DNA of 64,000 nucleotides, from positions 2,914,001-2,978,000 of the forward strand of contig NC_043006.1 of the NCBI RefSeq assembly GCF_006345805.1. Direction: 5' to 3'. The notes under the pieces are model-generated. The model worked only from the letters and a program-made list of their open reading frames with translations, was not told the DNA's origin and did not search any database. Both the position numbers and the translations under genes were made by a program. Of the stretch, positions 60,831 to 64,000 are shown one piece after another. Within the stretch, counting starts at the first letter, position 1; each line of letters starts with the position of its first letter. This DNA is from Octopus sinensis (Eukaryota).

Positions 60831-63099
60831 TATCAAACAATGAACAGCCATGTTTACGTGGGAGACTTGGAAACAAACAATCATTTGTATGACTGGAGAG
60901 TGTTTTGCTACGAAATTGTGCAACTAGTTGGGAAACCAGACATGCATTCAACATGGACTGCAAGCTAACGACACTGTCTCTATGAAAGGTGAGGTCATTG
61001 TTTGCTGTCAGCAAATGCATGTGAAGAGGAGGGTAAACATGAACCAACACACACATGCACACGATGAGTTTCTTCAGTTTACATCTATCAATTTCACTCT
61101 CATGATATTGGTCAGCCTGGAGCTCTTGTAGAAGATACCAGTTGGCAGTGTCCATACACTTGAACCAAACACCATACTATGTAGTTCTTAAGCAAAATTC
61201 TTAGTGCCACAACCATTATGCCTGTCTGTCTGTCCATCTTTCTCTCTATTCATTTATATAGAAATAGATGCACTCAATACCTCTCTCCCTCAGTTTCATA
61301 ATCTTTGCCCCATTCCATGTCAAAGCATATGTTTAAGGGATCATCATATAGTGCTTACTCTCCATCTAGCCTTATTCCTTCTGTACTCCCCCGTGCCACT
61401 GTGCCACCTGTTATTTAGATCCATCATTCACTTTCAACATTTCTCCTCCTCTATTAGAAGCCACCATTTTCTCACCTCTTTTACCCTTCCACACTTTTTT
61501 CATCCATTCTGGTTCTTCTTCTGCCTCATCTGTTCCCCTCTTCATCCATCTAGTCTGTGAGTGAATGAATGCAAGGCTTTCCGGTGTCACTTGCCACTCT
61601 GTATCTTCATGAATCTGAGCAATCCATTTTTTAGGTCTCTTAGTGCCATTAGTCTTGTGTTTGGAATGTCTTGGCTGAATGCCTGCACTATATTGTTATT
61701 GGATAGCTTTCTTATTACACGGTTGAACGATTACAGTTTCCTCCTATTTATCTCAGTAATGATGCATGTCATGTGAAAAGCTCTTTGATAGACAAGTATT
61801 CTCTTGGCTGTCTCATTCATATCCCAAGCATAGACCAAAGTTACTCTGTTCCAAAATTTCTCCCTCTACCTTCAGATTTTTACAGTGCATATCTCTGAGC
61901 TGTGGGTGGCAATTGAGGAAATAGAATCAAAGGTTTTCTGTTCCAGAAGCCTTTCTTAATGTTGTAAACAGTGGATCTGCTAATGAGATCCATTTCTTCA
62001 TGTCTTCTAATCCATTTCGTATGATACTCACAGAAAGCAAACACTGTAATGTGTTCTACTGTTGAACCATACAACCTGATAATTTCTCCAATAAGTCAAA
62101 GAATCTTAAAATTGGTGCCATTTATTTTCATGCTTCTTTTTTCTTCATGTTTTGTTTCTGTTTTGTGGATATCTTTAATTTGTCAAATATCATGGGTGTT
62201 AGGTTTGTTTCATCCACCTAACTATGGAGAGAGAGGATTCAATGAGTGCCAGACTTTCATTGAAGTCATTCAGTTCTTTAGTGACAACTTTCTAGAAGAT
62301 TTTAGAATGGCTGGGGGGACAGCTGGCAATTCTTGTCTTAGATGTACTCAGTACTTCAGAACAATCCATTCAGCTGTCCAGGGTCATTGCACCTCTGCTG
62401 TTTCCCTCTATAATTTGCTCTGTCTTCGTGTCTGTACTTATAACTGTCATCAGTTTCCATGGGACCTTCCACCAGATCGTGTCGGAAGCAGCTTCTGAAT
62501 CAATAAAGTGGAAGAGAAATTAGCTTGATGTTTTGCTTTTATAATTATTCATCTGACTCTAAAATTGTAGTGTGGCATAGCCATCTTCTCTCAAGTCTGA
62601 AATAAAACTTACCCTCTCCCACATTTCTTCATTTTGATATTTTATTCTGCAGAGGAGGATTCTCCTGAGCACTTTTCCTATTACACACACACACACACAC
62701 AAATACACTCTCTCTGTCGTTCTCTCTCTCTCTCTCTCTCTCTCTCACAGAGAGAGAGAGAGAAGGGGGAAGCAAAAGAGGCCTTCCTCACTCCTGAATA
62801 TCCTCCATAACATGAGATTTCCTCATATGAAGTGTATTTTGCCATTGGTTTCCATATCCTAAATTGATCTGCATTCTGCTGAAAATATTACTTTTGAAAT
62901 GCATGCTGCATAAAGCATGGATCTGTGAAAACATTTGAAGAGAAATAAATAATATAGTAACATTGCAGTAATACATCTGTAGTACATAAATGATGGTGAT
63001 GGCCATGTGGTGGGAACTGGTGCATGAAGGGGTGCCTGCTGCTGGAAGAAGGACTGTAGAGTATTGGCTTCAGGCATTCTATGTCTTTGCAAAATTCAA

Positions 63100-64000
63100 T
63101 CCAAGAACTGAGTTTATTATGAACTCCTTTTGTAATTTTTGTCTGTTATGTTTGTAACCAGAACCATTCTCTGCAGAGACTAGCAAACTTTCTTCTGTAA
63201 GTTCCAACCGTTTATTCTTGACTGTCAGCTTGAAGTGGAATGAGTGTAGCTTTGTAGCTTTTGTATTCTCTTCTTGGCCTGCTCTGGTTCTCGCATTATT
63301 GACACCTCATTAGGAAAACTTTCTCAGTGGGAACCTAGCAACTCCATTGCTTGGTTATTGATCAATTCTTCAAGCTGTCATATGCCAGTGTCAGCACGAC
63401 TTGCTGAACTTGTTTTAGACTTACTGGTGATGACAAAACAGTTGGAATCATGGATAGAGTCTGGTCATTATACTGTAGCTTAGGATTTCTCATAACTTGT
63501 CTGTGTTATTCACTGCATCTATGATGGACTTCTTCTTCCAGAAATCTTTAACTGTAGACTTATCCTCCTCATCAGTTACTTATACATGTTGTTTCAAAGT
63601 TATTTTCAGATAATATGCCTTGTCGTTAGCTCTCATGCTTTGACCTGTTGACTGGAGCAATATTATATTCTTGGGAATCTATTTCACAAACTTTATCAGA
63701 AAAATTTCTTTTGGGTTCAGTGGAGTGCATTGTTCTAGAAAGATGAATGCTTCATTGGAAATATTGTAGCTGATACTGCACCTTTCTACTAGAGGCAAAA
63801 AATGCTCGTTAACTTGTCTTGAAAAAGATTTCTTGCCAATCCTTATTTGAATGCTGAATGACAATTACATCAAATTTACTATAACCCTTGAAAGCTCTTG
63901 GATTTTTGAAGTGACACGCAAGCAGGGTCTTTCATTTCATATCACCTGTAGCATTTCCTTGCACAAGAAGCATCAACTGACTTTTGGAAACCTTTAAATC
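63100..64000 (-). mobile_element. Decayed Tigger/pogo-family transposase (DDE_1 region), truncated at window edge
   Basis: Minus strand reads HFKNPRAFKGYSK...SNKDW and AYYLKITLKQHV*VTDEEDKSTVKDFWKKKSIIDAVNN. These align with the Tigger motifs HSENPRALKNY...NNKAW and SYYLR.TF...KTFWK.FTILDAIKN. Confidence 0.75.

Larger units (their letters stand above)
1020..62760. repeat. Very dense simple repeats: (AT)n, (CA/TG)n, (CT/AG)n, (ATT)n, (CAT)n
   Basis: Examples: (AT)n 20764-20817 and 25365-25478, (GT)n 34890-34932, (ATT)n 45924-45973, (CT)n 55101-55170. They explain most of the ORF track. Confidence 0.98.

Overview
AT-rich eukaryotic DNA, dense in microsatellites and SINEs. The repeat landscape looks like a cephalopod (Octopus-type) genome; that is my inference, not a database result. 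The best-supported model is the 5' half of one large plus-strand gene. It has a CpG-retaining promoter/first-exon zone at ~10.3-16.4 kb with several good splice donors, a very long CpG-depleted intronic region, and one clear coding exon (48507-49205). That exon encodes an acidic, Ser/Thr-rich N-terminus typical of a nuclear regulator (IKQE SUMO-type and ALDLS CtBP-type motifs), which I cannot name. The rest is mostly repeats: six or so tRNA-headed or RTE-tailed SINE families (my own labels A-F), decayed Merlin, RTE, CR1-like, DIRS-like and Tigger/pogo elements, two hAT-type MITEs, several minisatellites, and a ~989-bp tandem duplication. The most striking item is a 292-bp fold-back insertion with a 12-bp target-site duplication (41460-41751). 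It carries an apparently intact minimal type I hammerhead ribozyme of the Penelope-like kind, plus a decayed antisense copy. The second is a near-perfect 30 x 37-bp array in which every unit contains branch-point, donor and acceptor-like motifs. Boundaries of decayed repeats are approximate (tens of bp). Protein-family calls come from recalled motifs, not searches.
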